From the NCBI RefSeq assembly GCF_006345805.1, contig NW_021836131.1, positions 124,001 to 188,000 on the forward strand: DNA of 64,000 bases. The letters run 5' to 3'. Below, in pieces: positions 42,383-53,830 of the stretch (positions are counted from its first letter, which is position 1; the number at the start of each line of letters is the position of its first letter). Source of the stretch: Octopus sinensis (lineage: Eukaryota). Under the pieces are notes generated by a model. It was not told where the DNA came from and made no database searches. It saw only the letters and a list, made by a program, of their open reading frames with translations. The position numbers and the translations under genes were made by a program.

Positions 42383-42989
42383 TGTCGCGAGCCGAGCGAG
42401 CGACCGAGCGCAGCGAGCGACCACTCAATTTCTAGATGCGATCAATCAAACAATTTATAAATTGACAAATACCCATGCTGGTATTTGGGTTTGAATATAT
42501 TCGATAACAAAAATTAAAATCGATGCCAAAGCAGAATGTGCTTTAAAACCGATTTCGTAAATAAAAATAATATTTTAAAATTTATAATTGATATTCTAGA
42601 ATAATGAGAAAAAATCTAAATGCTTCATAATTTATTAAAATGTCAAAACAAGAATCTTCTGAAGGAGCAAGCCTGTCTGCACAGTTCATTTTTGATTAGA
42701 AGACCTAATTTTAGAGATTGAAACGAGAAATAGCAATGAGATCTGTCAAATTATTACCCCCCTCACAACCTAAACCAAATTAGCGTTCAGTATTCATTGA
42801 TTTTACTTTTTCTATTAAGATCTACTTATAAATTATTTTATGGGATTCAATGGAAAACTTAAGTTATTTCAATTTTAATTTTAAATCATGTTAAAATTTT
42901 AAATAATTTAATAAATATATTTGTTGATGACAGGCTTGTTAGGTGTCAAAGTCGCGTCTAGCGCTCGGTCGCGCGCTCGGCTCGCGACA
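42383..42989. mobile_element. 607-bp MITE (TGTC...GACA termini, about 29-bp GC-rich TIR, 5-bp TSD TATTG)
   Basis: Left tgtcgcgagccgagcgagcgaccgagcgc versus the reverse complement of the right end tgtcgcgagccgagcgcgcgaccgagcgc. tattg flanks both sides (42378-42382 and 42990-42994). Confidence 0.92.
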
Positions 42990-43324
42990 TATTGATAGAC
43001 ATAATTTGATATTGAGATTTTAACGATGAATATAATTAGATATTGACGATTATTAATATATACAGAAAAATTTTTAATTTGCAATTTGTAATACTTAAAA
43101 AAACGAACTACCTGTAAGACATGGGTACCTAAATGCCTAATTTTTCCTTGTGCCAGCAAAATAATTTTTAAGATCAAAAGGGAACAAGAAAGTTAATTAT
43201 CTTGAAAGTAACAAAACTCTTCCATTATCAAGGAAAGTTAATTATTTTTTAATTAATTTGAAGTAAAAAGTCCTTTAGTTTCTCCTGTCATATAGTTTCT
43301 TTTTATTGTAGTTTAGTCGAATAA

Positions 43325-43455
43325 ACGCTAGGAGGGTTGACCTCCAATTTGGAGAATCCATGCGATAAGATCTCCATGGCGGCATTGCTCGTCAAACCCG
43401 AGATCCTCTTCGAAAAGTCTAGACGTATTTGTAGAATTAACAGCGATTCATGAAA
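43325..43455 (+). mobile_element. Small probable RTE fragment
   Basis: A GC-richer patch reading LVKPEILFEKSRRICRINSD, resembling the RT region of this RTE family. Confidence 0.35.
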
Positions 43456-43487
43456 TGCTAGGTTTTTATTTCATTTATAATTTAGAT

Positions 43488-44455
43488 CAGTGTTTCCTAA
43501 CCTGGGTTCGACGAAGTTCAAAATATTGTGAATTTATTTCTTTTTTTTAATTAACTCGTGAATTTTAATTTGTGCGTGTCTAAATGGAGTCTTGTGACAA
43601 ATCATATCTTAAAGTTAGATCGTATCGAGATAGTTATATTTCCTTTAGTTTCACATGGACTGGAGAGTTGGATTGCCTATACAACTTTGTGTTGTTGCGG
43701 TGAAAAACTAGTTCCAATAAAACTTAAACGTCATCTTTCCATCAAGCATCCTGAACTTTCTATGAAAAAAAGAATATTTTATAAGGAAATTAGACCAGAA
43801 TAAATTTCAAGCATCTAATTTTTCCAAAAGATTCAAAATAACCGAAAAAGTACAGCATCATAGCTATGCTGTGGGTGAGATTGGTGGCAAAAATATTAAA
43901 TCACACACTTTTTGGAAACTTTTTTTCCTACATGCAAAGAAGTACTGAAAATAATGCTTTGAGAAATTGCTGCCGCTGAGCTCGATTTAATTCTTATTTC
44001 AAATACTTCTGTGAGCATAAGGATCAAGGGTATATCTGATGACATCGAAACCAGTTTGTTTTTGCTAATAAAAAATCTTAATTGTTTGCTTCTTAAGTAC
44101 ATGAAAGCTCAGATATTACAGGAAGAATGGAACCTCTTGTTTTCGTTTTGTATATAAGACAAGTTGGATAACTTTATTGAATTCCTTAATGATGAATGTT
44201 GGTGTTGCAAGATTGCCGATATTTTTAATGAACTCAATGTTCTCAATAGCAGAATCAATAGAAGAAACGAAAATTTGTTGGGTTGTACGGACAGCATAGC
44301 CGTTTTTATTTAACAAATTAAAATATGGAAAAAAGATATCACGAATGGAAACATGGAAATGTTTCCTCGTGTACAAGTAAGGAATTGTAAAGAAATTATT
44401 CCACTAATTATTGATTATTTGAGTCATTAAACCGACAATTGGTTACGGATTTACA
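43488..44455 (+). mobile_element. Degenerate hAT Buster/ZBED8-SCAND3-like element
   Basis: Terminus cagtgtttcctaacctggg at 43488; KLVPIKLKRHLSIKHPEL and IADIFNELNVLN...IKIWKKDITNGNMEMFP. Confidence 0.75.
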
Positions 44456-44459
44456 GTAT

Positions 44460-45570
44460 GGGGAAGCAATCTAGCATATACAAATGTCAAAAAAATCGAC
44501 AATATTCAAAATGGAGATTGTAAACCTCCTAGCGAATGTCATGGGAAAAAATTCAACAAAGGGACTAGAAGAAATCGTGAAAAAGTCCATGTTCTGGATC
44601 CCCGACCTCTTAGACAATACGCTATTATTATTATTAAAGCAATCTCGCGGAATCAAAAAGTTAATTAAGATTGCACTTTTGCCATCCGACTCAGGATACG
44701 CTCTGTTAGTCGTATCCACGCTCCCCTGTTACGTGCGAGGTATCTCAGTTCGTCCAGATCATCGGCCGATTTCAGTTTCCTTCCAATCAACGTGATGCTT
44801 TACCAACGTGATGGAAGTAATTTACGCCGACGATATTGATTTCGTCTCCCGAGATCAGGACTCACTGGAAAACTTATTAAAAGTGATCCCTCATTCGTTG
44901 AAGGACTGGTCCCTTGTAATAAACCCGGACAAAACGGAAAGAACTACCATATCCCGCCTGGGAACGAGAAACGAGGAGAAGTGGAGAACATGCAAGAAAG
45001 TTGGATCTCTCCTTGGGGACTCGGAGGACGTTATTCGAAGAAAAGTGCTGGCTGTTGCAGCCTTCAAAAAAATGTGGACGATCTGGATGAGGCGCAAGTA
45101 CATAGGAACCCGCCTTCGAATTCGGCTGTACAACTCCTTTGTCGAACCAATCTTGCTTTACAACGCGGGGACCTGGGGCCTAACCGCTAAAGAACTGGAG
45201 CAGCTCAACTCTTTCCACAGAAAACAACTACGACTACTCCTGGGAATTCACTGGCCAAAAAAGATGACCAATAATGAACTCTACAGAATCACCCATACAT
45301 CCGAGATTGCAAAGAAAGTGACGTCCACAAAGTGGATGCTCTTTGGAAATGTCCTAAGAGCCTCGGAAATGACGCCGGCCAATCAGAACATGGAATCCTA
45401 CTTCTGCTCATTAAATAAAACGGCATATAGGGGCCGACAAAGAACAACATTACCGACAATACGCTATAGAACACAGAGAAAAGATGCGAAGGTTTCTAAA
45501 AGAGACTGGGATCACCTGAAATAGTTAATTATGGTTATGACGGTGTTTTTGGTCCTAATAAATAAAATAA
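44460..45570 (+). mobile_element. RTE-clade retrotransposon 3' portion (5' boundary uncertain)
   Basis: EVIYADDIDFVS, KKVGSLLGDSED, RIRLYNSFVEPILLYNAGTW and FHRKQLRLLLGIHWPKKMTN, followed by an A-rich tail near 45555-45590. Confidence 0.9.
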
Positions 45571-46399
45571 ATCAATCAAAATTACAAAAACTTTGCTATT
45601 AAGTTTAACAATTTTCTTTAATTTGAGATTTGGGAATTTTTTTTCTTAAAATTTTTAATTCTAATTTTGTTTTTTGATATTATTTCTTCAACCGTAAAGA
45701 GTCCTATTGTAACCAAATTTGAAAAAGTCATAAAATAAATTCAATTTTATTTTTGATATATTTTACATGTTTATTAAAGTCTTTCGCTACCAACGGCAAC
45801 ATCTGAATATCAAGATCAAAATTTTGGTAAAAAGTGTAATAAGAAAGAATGTCTAACGCAGATGCTCGCCATGTTAAGTTTTTTTTGTAAGTAGCTTTAT
45901 CATTAAGGTATACGTGTGAACATTCGTGGCATTTATAAGTTTAAATTTGATTAAAATTAAATTTACCGTAAAATAAATTAAAATTACATGGTTTAATTTT
46001 TTAAAAATCTTTAATGTTTCTCCGGAATTCATAAGAAATTCTTAATTTTCGCCTCCAATGATGAAAGAATTAAACTTACTATCGAGGGATTTAGTTCCAT
46101 AAATTCCTAATTGATAAATAGATCTTATCAACTTGATCCATAATTTGTCGAATTTTTAACATCGATAGACGTTTGTTCTTCTCCATGTAGAAGGTTTTTC
46201 ACTAACATAAATTTAGTGCATCTGCGCATGAAATATTGATAAAATAGTTCACCTAAAAAATTTACAAAAATAATGGCGAGCAAGACAATATTTGTCCTAG
46301 AACAGAATGTCCTTAAAAATTGAGTGTTGACCAAAAGTGTACCGAGCACTAGAAGTTTTACAAAGTTCTAATTTTTATTTTTGCTACATAAACACTTTC

Positions 46400-47320
46400 A
46401 GATAATTTTTGAACAATATGAAAAAATAAAAATATTAAAACAAAATCAATAGCGTTATTTGGTAACTGCATTTAATATATAAAAGAATACCCCATAAATG
46501 CTTAGTTTCATTTATGATTGAATCAATGAATATTTCATTATCAAGTCTTGATTTTTGAGTAAGCATATTTTCAGAAGAGTAGGAGTTTATAGCAGCTTTA
46601 ATTCCAATATTTTTTCTGTGATCAAGCGACTGGTATCCTATTGAAGGTAATGCGGGCATAGCTTGTATTTATTATAGATATATAATACATTTATTAATTA
46701 GAAAATCACTTGGATGGGATGATAATGTATTATCAAATCCAATGGACGGAGAGCATGGGCTAATTTATTATGGTTTCAAATTATACTTTTCAAATGATTG
46801 TTTTCCTTGAATACAAATAATTTCAAAATTAATTTTTATTAAACAATTCGAAATGGATTCTTTTTGAGAGTAGGGCTGTAGTAGAATTTTTTTGGCAAAG
46901 CTCCCCATACTTGCATATTTAGCCAAATTTAAGTCAATGTATCCAAGACGTAAGCATTTTTTCCCACCTTTTAATTCCTTAGAGGTCACATATGTTTGTA
47001 ATCAATATTGTACGCACTTTAAGCAAGTGTAAACCTTTCGAACAGAAATACGTAAGAATGTATCCTTGAGGACAAATGTTTTATTGTGAAATTTGATATG
47101 TACTTCAAAAGAAAAGTTTTCATCAAAATCGACTGTGTTGCAACTAACTCCGTTTCTAATCTATAATTAGTTTGATTACTTATCACCTTTTTGAAAACCA
47201 TAATGCTTTTTTACTGCTTAGCATACGAACTTTGCAGAAAATATTTCCACTAATAAATGGTACATTTGTCAAATTAATAATAGAAATCTGAACCAAAAAT
47301 TGAGATTTATTCTTGGTCAT
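46400..47320 (-). CDS. EEIG1: EEIG1/FAM102 family NT-C2 domain protein (3' end approximate)
   Basis: MTKNKSQFLVQISIINLTNVPFISGNIFCKVRML, KELKGGKKCLRLGYIDLNLAKYA...LLQPY...NCLIKI and SRLDNEIFIDSII. Confidence 0.85.
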
Positions 47321-47599
47321 TTTGTACGAGTATTCTTTAGCTAGAGACAAGTTAGTTTATCAAAATTCACAAAACACTATGGTAATTAAATTATAAATAT
47401 TTTATTCGCTTAGATAATTTTATATTAAAAAATGTGTTTTGAATAGCAATTATTTATATTCAAAATGTTTAATATTAAAAAATTAATTATTTTAAGACGT
47501 ATGTTTAAAATTAAATTAGTTATTTAACAAATAAAAAATAATTTTTTATCGCCAATTATCTTTTTATTCTCAAACATATTTTTCTGCCTGAATCTTTTT

Positions 47600-48896
47600 T
47601 TGTTTCGTTACCCCTGAGAACATGTCCAAAATCGATTTCCAAATTTCCCTAGGGCCCAGCTCTGTCTCTAGCATTCAATTCTACTCCGATGGCCGGTTAC
47701 GGGCTAAACTACCTTGCTGGTTCTGAGAATTGGGATCCGGTTTTGTAAAACCTTAATTCTCTCGTCTTTCCTTGCCTCTTCCTCTAGTCCCACGATCTTA
47801 TCAATCCTGTTCTTTTCCTTTTTCTCGAAGTTTTGAGTTCTCAGATTCCGAGGCCGCTCTTGGGATCCGGTCAGATTAAACTTGAAAATTCAAAAGAAAT
47901 AATATTTCCAAAAGGAATAGGATACAATTTACTGTAAATATGTCCGAAAGATGTTCATTTTCGTTCTACCAACAAGATCGGATTGTTTAACTCTACCTCC
48001 TTCCACGGGTTTGCATCCTAAAGCTCTAAAACTAAATATCACTCGGTCATTAGCAAAAACTTCTTTTCGACTTTCCTCGCTGTTGAGACTAGCGACATTC
48101 GATTGAAGTCTCGCGTTCTCTCATCTCCAAAAGAATTTGTTACCCCAGAGAGAGTAACTGGCTGTCCCAACGAGTCTCCTTATTTATTATTTGCGAAAAT
48201 TTCTTGACAATTCGATCTGCGTAAAAATACTCTTCTCTCTTGGTTTACTTTAAACTAATAAAAAACGTTTTCTTTAAAAATTAACTTATATTTCAATAAG
48301 CCAAATATTCCATTTAATTTGTATTTTATAATTATATGGATCTGGCCTTATAGAATTAGTATTTGTCGAAAATGATCTTTTGTCCCTTTTAATCAGACAA
48401 GTTTGATAGTCAAAAATGGCTTAAGGATAATTAGAAATAACGGCATATTTTATTAAAGAAACTTCTTTGATAACATATTATCAGGCTGATGGCGTGGGTT
48501 CGTTTGCCGATCGGAGCAAAAATAATCTCGCTTGCTAAGATCAGTACTGTTACTCATGTTCAAATTTGTTTCATCTTTATGTCTCAGAACCAACTCATTT
48601 CCAAACAGTTTTGTCCCATATAACGTGTTAATTGCATAGTCAACTGATTCTTCGTGTTCAAATAAAATAAAACAAAAGTCGCGTTTCCCTCCAAATTTAT
48701 TGTTTGGAAATACAACGGTCTCAACTGGTCCTACCTATCATTAAATTTTTTCCAATGTATTCAAAAATAATTATTTAAAAAATTATTAACCAACTTACTT
48801 GTAAAAAAGTTCATGCAATAATTTTTCCGTTACGTCACTAGAGAGATTTCCACAATACAGCGTACGATTAAAATTGCTATATTCAATAAGACGCAT
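47600..48896 (-). CDS. RBM7: RBM7/RBM11-like RRM protein (3' extent uncertain)
   Basis: RTLYCGNLSSDVTEKLLHELFLQ|VGPVETVVFP...KRDFCFILFEHEESVDYAINTLYGTKLFG, followed by charged low-complexity sequence. Confidence 0.75.
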
Positions 48897-49104
48897 CACA
48901 AAACCAATGAATAAATAAATTATTAAATATTTTGTTTATATGAAATTTTTTATATTTTTTATTTTCAATATTCATAAATTACATTATAAAGTGAAATGTT
49001 GTTTTTATATAAATCTGGATATTGAACTCAAAGAATCTAAACCATGTAAACTGCAAAATGTTGACGCACAAAGATGCTGTTATTCATTCATAATTTATAG
49101 TATA

Positions 49105-50119
49105 CAGTGAACCCTTGCAAATTGGCAATTTGTGCTACATACAAATTTTATGGCCAATTTGAAAAAATCAATACTTAGAAAAAAAAATAAACACGTTTAA
49201 ATTTTATTAAAAAATTCAATCCCTAATTCCTTTTTATTTGCTCTTTTTAATTTTGCTTTGTAATTTCTTATTGCAGTAATGAGCGAAATATAATTCTTAT
49301 TTTCTGCATTACAGTAAAGTTCCCTTTCTATTTCAGTTAATCTTCTTGCAATATCTTTTCCCTCGAGTGGATCAGGCTTATACGATTTAGAAATTTCTTT
49401 GAATTCTTCACGAAAGGAATTAATGTCAACTTCTCCATCAGTTCGCACCTCTCCATGTAATTTTAGCATTCTAAAAACCTGTCTCTTTTTGAATTTTGTC
49501 AAAAATCCATTAGAATTTTTAAAGTTACTAAGTTGTAACTCTTCGGCAAAATGCGCAGCCTTACACGATATTAAGGAATCATTCAAAAACCACCTAGAAA
49601 TTAGTTTTCAATTAATACCTTTAGATTCTATTGTATCCATCCATTCGATCAATTTTTTTTCAAGCGTAAGAAATTTTGGTTTGTGAGCAGCTTTAAACGA
49701 ATTTTGATAAATTTTCCAATCCAGGAAAATAGAATTTTTATTAAGCAGTAGATCGTCTTGCGGATCGTCTTATTGATCGTCTTTTTCGAGATCGTCTTGC
49801 GGAATAAATGTGAGAATGTGTCAGCCATAAGCTGAAACGAAACACCGTCATTTTCTTCCTTGTAGTTTATAATTTGTGTTTTTTCAAGAAAAGTGAACCG
49901 AGTATAACGTCCAGGAGAAATTTTATAAGACATATGATTAAAAAATAATTTATTTTCTGTTTTTTTTCTAAATAAAAAAAATTAATTCAAAAATTGTGGC
50001 CAATTTGAGAATTTGTTAATTTACTAAGAAAATTAATTTTTTTCTTGGTAAATTGTGAAAAAATGACCAATTCAAAAATTGGCTAATTTGCGAGGTCGCC
50101 AATTTGCGAGGGTTCACTG
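49105..50119 (-). mobile_element. pogo/Tigger internal-deletion derivative with intact TIRs and TA TSD
   Basis: TA|cagtgaacccttgcaaattggc ... gccaatttgcgagggttcactg|TA. HTH motifs (RFTFLEKTQII, FKNSNGFLTKFKKR) are present and the DDE core is deleted. Confidence 0.92.
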
Positions 50120-50569
50120 TATTTTAAAACTTCTAGGTCCTAGAAGTAAATAATGAAAAATTTTGTCAAGAAAAATATCCTAGTATAGAGAAAAAGTGAT
50201 ATTTATTTCATTCATTGATTCAATGACGTAAACCTAGATATACACTTGTTGTTTTTCAATCCATCAACACTTTGCAAGAACTGAAAGCGTATATAAAAAT
50301 CTGCAGTGCTAATAAGTCCAATCACGATAGAACTGTGTGCAACCAAAATAAATCCTCAAAGGATATATTTCAGAGAGTTTCGAATTAGGATTGCATATAA
50401 CGGTAAATTAATGAGTAAGTTTTTATAACATTGTGCCGTAATTGAATAATAGTTAATTTTTAGAGTGGAAAAAATCAAAAAGAAAATAACGTTAAGTTAG
50501 TAAAGGAAAATTAAAACACGTAGATAATAGTTATACGTAAAATCGAATTCTAAATTTATAATATTAGTA

Positions 50570-53200
50570 TTAATACTTTTCCATTTTGTTTGACATTACG
50601 AGGAAATAATTTTTAATTCTTACAATAAGAATAATACAGATGAAAATGATTGTAGCCAAAAATATTAAAACATATAGATTAGTTGTAGTTGTGCTCTTAG
50701 TGGTGGGGAACAAATTATTAAAACATATAAATCACTTGTAGTTGAGCTCTTAGTCGTGGGGACTAAAATATTAAAACATATAAATCACTTGTACTTGTGC
50801 TCTTAGTCGTGGGGACTAAAATATTAAAACATATAAATCACTTGTACTTGTGCTCTTAGTCGTGGGAACTAAAATATTAAAACATATAAATCACTTGTAG
50901 TTGAGCTCTTAGTCGTGGGGACTAAAATATTAAAACATATAAATCACTTGTACTTGTGCTCTTAGTCGTGGGGACTAAAATATTAAAACATATAAATCAC
51001 TTGTAGTTGAGCTCTTAGTCGTGGGGACTAAAATATTAAAATATATAAATCACTTGTAGTTGAGCTCTTAGTCGTGGGGACTAAAATATTAAAACATATA
51101 AATCACTTGTACTTGTGCTCTTAGTCGTGGGAACTAAAATATTAAAACATATAAATCACTTGTAGTTGAGCTCTTAGTCGTGGGGACTAAAATATTAAAA
51201 CATATAAATCACTTGTAGTTGAGTTCTTAGTCGTGGGGACTAAAATATTAAAACATATAAATCACTTGTAGTTGAGCTCTTAGTCGTGGGGACTAAAATA
51301 TTAAAACATATAAATCACTTGTACTTGTGCTCTTAGTCGTGGGAACTAAAATATTAAAACATATAAATCACTTGTACTTGTGCTCTTAGTCGTGGGAACT
51401 AAAATATTAAAACATATAAATCACTTGTAGTTGAGTTCTTAGTCGTGGGGACTAAAATATTAAAACATATAAATCACTTGTAGTTGAGCTCTTAGTCGTG
51501 GGGACTAAAATATTAAAACATATAAATCACTTGTACTTGTGCTCTTAGTCGTGGGAACTAAAATATTAAAACATATAAATCACTTGTAGTTGAGCTCTTA
51601 GTCGTGGGGACTAAAATATTAAAACATATAAATCACTTGTAGTTGAGCTCTTAGTCGTGGGGACTAAAATATTAAAACATATAAATCACTTGTACTTGTG
51701 CTCTTAGTCGTGGGGACTAAAATATTAAAACATATAAATCACTAGTAGTTGAGCTTTTAGTCGTGGGGACTAAAATATTAAAACATATAAATCACTTGTA
51801 GTTGAGCTCTTAGTCGTGGGGACTAAAATATTAAAACATATAAATCACTTGTAGTTGAGTTCTTAGTCGTGGGGACTAAAATATTAAAACATATAAATCA
51901 CTTGTACTTGTGCTCTTAGTCGTGGGAACTAAAATATTAAAACATATAAATCACTTGTACTTGTGCTCTTAGTCGTGGGAACTAAAATATTAAAACATAT
52001 AAATCACTTGTACTTGTGCTCTTAGTCGTGGGAACTAAAATATTAAAACATATAAATCACTTGTACTTGTGATCTTAGTCGTGGGAACTAAAATATTAAA
52101 ACATATAAATCACTTGTACTTGTGCTCTTAGTCGTGGGAACTAAAATATTAAAACATATAAATCACTTGTACTTGTGATCTTAGTCGTGGGAACTAAAAT
52201 ATTAAAACATATAAATCACTTGTACTTGTGCTCTTAGTCGTGGGAACTAAAATATTAAAACATATAAATCACTTGTAGTTAAGTTCTTAGTCGTAAGGAC
52301 TAAAATATTAAAACATATAAATCACTTGTACTTGTGCTCTTAGTCGTGGGAACTAAAATATTAAAACATATAAATCACTTGTACTTGTGCTCTTAGTCGT
52401 GGGAACTAAAATATTAAAACATATAAATCACTTGTACTTGTGCTCTTAGTCGTGGGAACTAAAATATTAAAACATATAAATCACTTGTAGTTGAGTTCTT
52501 AGTCGTGGGGACTAAAATATTAAAACATATAAATCACTTGTAGTTGAGCTCTTAGTCGTGGGGACTAAAATATTAAAACATATAAATCACTTGTAGTTGA
52601 GCTCTTAGTCGTGGGGACTAAAATATTAAAACATATAAATCACTTGTAGTTGAGCTCTTAGTCGTGGGGACTAAAATATTAAAACATATAAATCACTTGT
52701 ACTTGTGCTCTTAGTCGTGGGAACTAAAATATTAAAACATATAAATCACTTGTAGTTGAGTTCTTAGTCGTAGGGACTAAAATATTAAAACATATAAATC
52801 ACTTGTACTTGTGCTCTTAGTCGTGGGAACTAAAATATTAAAACATATAAATCACTTGTACCTGTGTTCTTAGTCGTGGGAACTAAAATATTAAAACATA
52901 TAAATCACTTGTAGTTGAGTTCTTAGTCGTGGGGACTAAAATATTAAAACATATAAATCACTTGTAGTTGAGCTCTTAGTCGTGGGGACTAAAATATTAA
53001 AACATATAAATCACTTGTACTTGTGCTCTTAGTCGTGGGAACTAAAATATTAAAACATATAAATCACTTGTAGTTGAGCTCTTAGTCGTGGGGACTAAAA
53101 TATTAAAACATATAAATCACTTGTAGTTGAGCTCTTAGTCGTGGGGACTAAAATATTAAAACATATAAATTACTAGTAGTTGAGCTTTTAGTCGTGGGGA
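50570..53200 (-). CDS. Predicted mucin-like membrane protein: 47 micro-exons of 27 nt, 47 introns of 26 nt and a terminal TM exon; native 5' end not found
   Basis: Unit intron gtgatttatatgttttaatattttag; exon (a)tc ccc acg act aag agc tca act aca = IPTTKSSTT. No variant gives a stop in this frame. The terminal exon 50709-50570 is exactly 47x53 bp away and reads PTTKSTTTTNLYVLIFLATIIFICIILIVRIKN. The last intron ends GT rather than AG. No transcript evidence. Confidence 0.7.
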
Positions 53201-53203
53201 CTA
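50657..53203. repeat. Tandem array of a 53-bp unit, about 48 copies, no indels
   Basis: Consensus ctaaaatattaaaacatataaatcacttgta[g/c]ttg[a/t]gctcttagtcgtggg[g/a]a, with no spacers. Confidence 0.99.
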
Positions 53204-53830
53204 GACTGTTGCTCGCTAGACTGTTGGGAGCGTATTTGGGTAGTTCCCCTGGGACTCCATCATATCCTGCAGCTCTTTTATTGTTCATACGGTGAAATGC
53301 TTCCAGGACCTCCGAGGGTGTTATTTCATTCAATAAGCCTCGCGGATGACCAATGAATGTGGGTGTATAAGTGTCATCTGTTTGGAGTTGTCTCTTGAAG
53401 TGGTCGGCGATTCGTGATACTTTATCTTCATCGTCCAATATCATGTGTTCTGATTCATCCCATATCGATATTTTGGTATTTCGTGAGCCTCGATTAAGTA
53501 ATCGGATGGCCATGAATATCTGGTTTCCAGGTGAGAGTCTTTCAATTTCAGTAACTTTATCGTCTAAGTATTTCATCTATAGTAGGCGTCCCCTGTCTCT
53601 AATTTCATGAAGGAGCCTGTTCAGTTTATTCTTTAGTTTTTTTTGGTTTCCATACCACAGTTTTCGATTCTCAGGCGGATGTCTCTTTTGTTTCTGACAT
53701 CTCTCTCAGTTTTGAGTCATGGTATATGTAATTGTTTGAGCGGTTACTCCTGTATCCGACAGTATCCTCCGCGGTGGAGACAATATCATTTTTGTCATCG
53801 CAGAAGTTACCGATCACTTGACGCAAAAAA
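53204..53830 (-). mobile_element. RTE-clade retrotransposon internal fragment abutting the array
   Basis: FIGHPRGLLNEITPSEVLEAFHRMNNKRAAGYDGVPGELPKYAP, the pre-RT region of RTE elements. Confidence 0.85.

Noticed and set aside
49752-49803. gatcgtctt microrepeat (four copies)
   Set aside because: A local slippage expansion inside a defective pogo element.
50160-50560. Additional hydrophobic segments downstream of the mucin TM exon (multi-pass protein)
   Set aside because: The frame has two stops, and T-rich DNA gives hydrophobic translations by default.
50710-53200. Alternative spliced frame SPRLRAQLQ, or coding on the plus strand
   Set aside because: That frame gains a TAA in the unit near 52277 and does not join the TM exon. 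The plus strand has no unit-wise GT-AG structure giving an open frame.
50657-53203. CRISPR array
   Set aside because: Units are head-to-tail with no unique spacers, there are no cas genes, and the context is eukaryotic.
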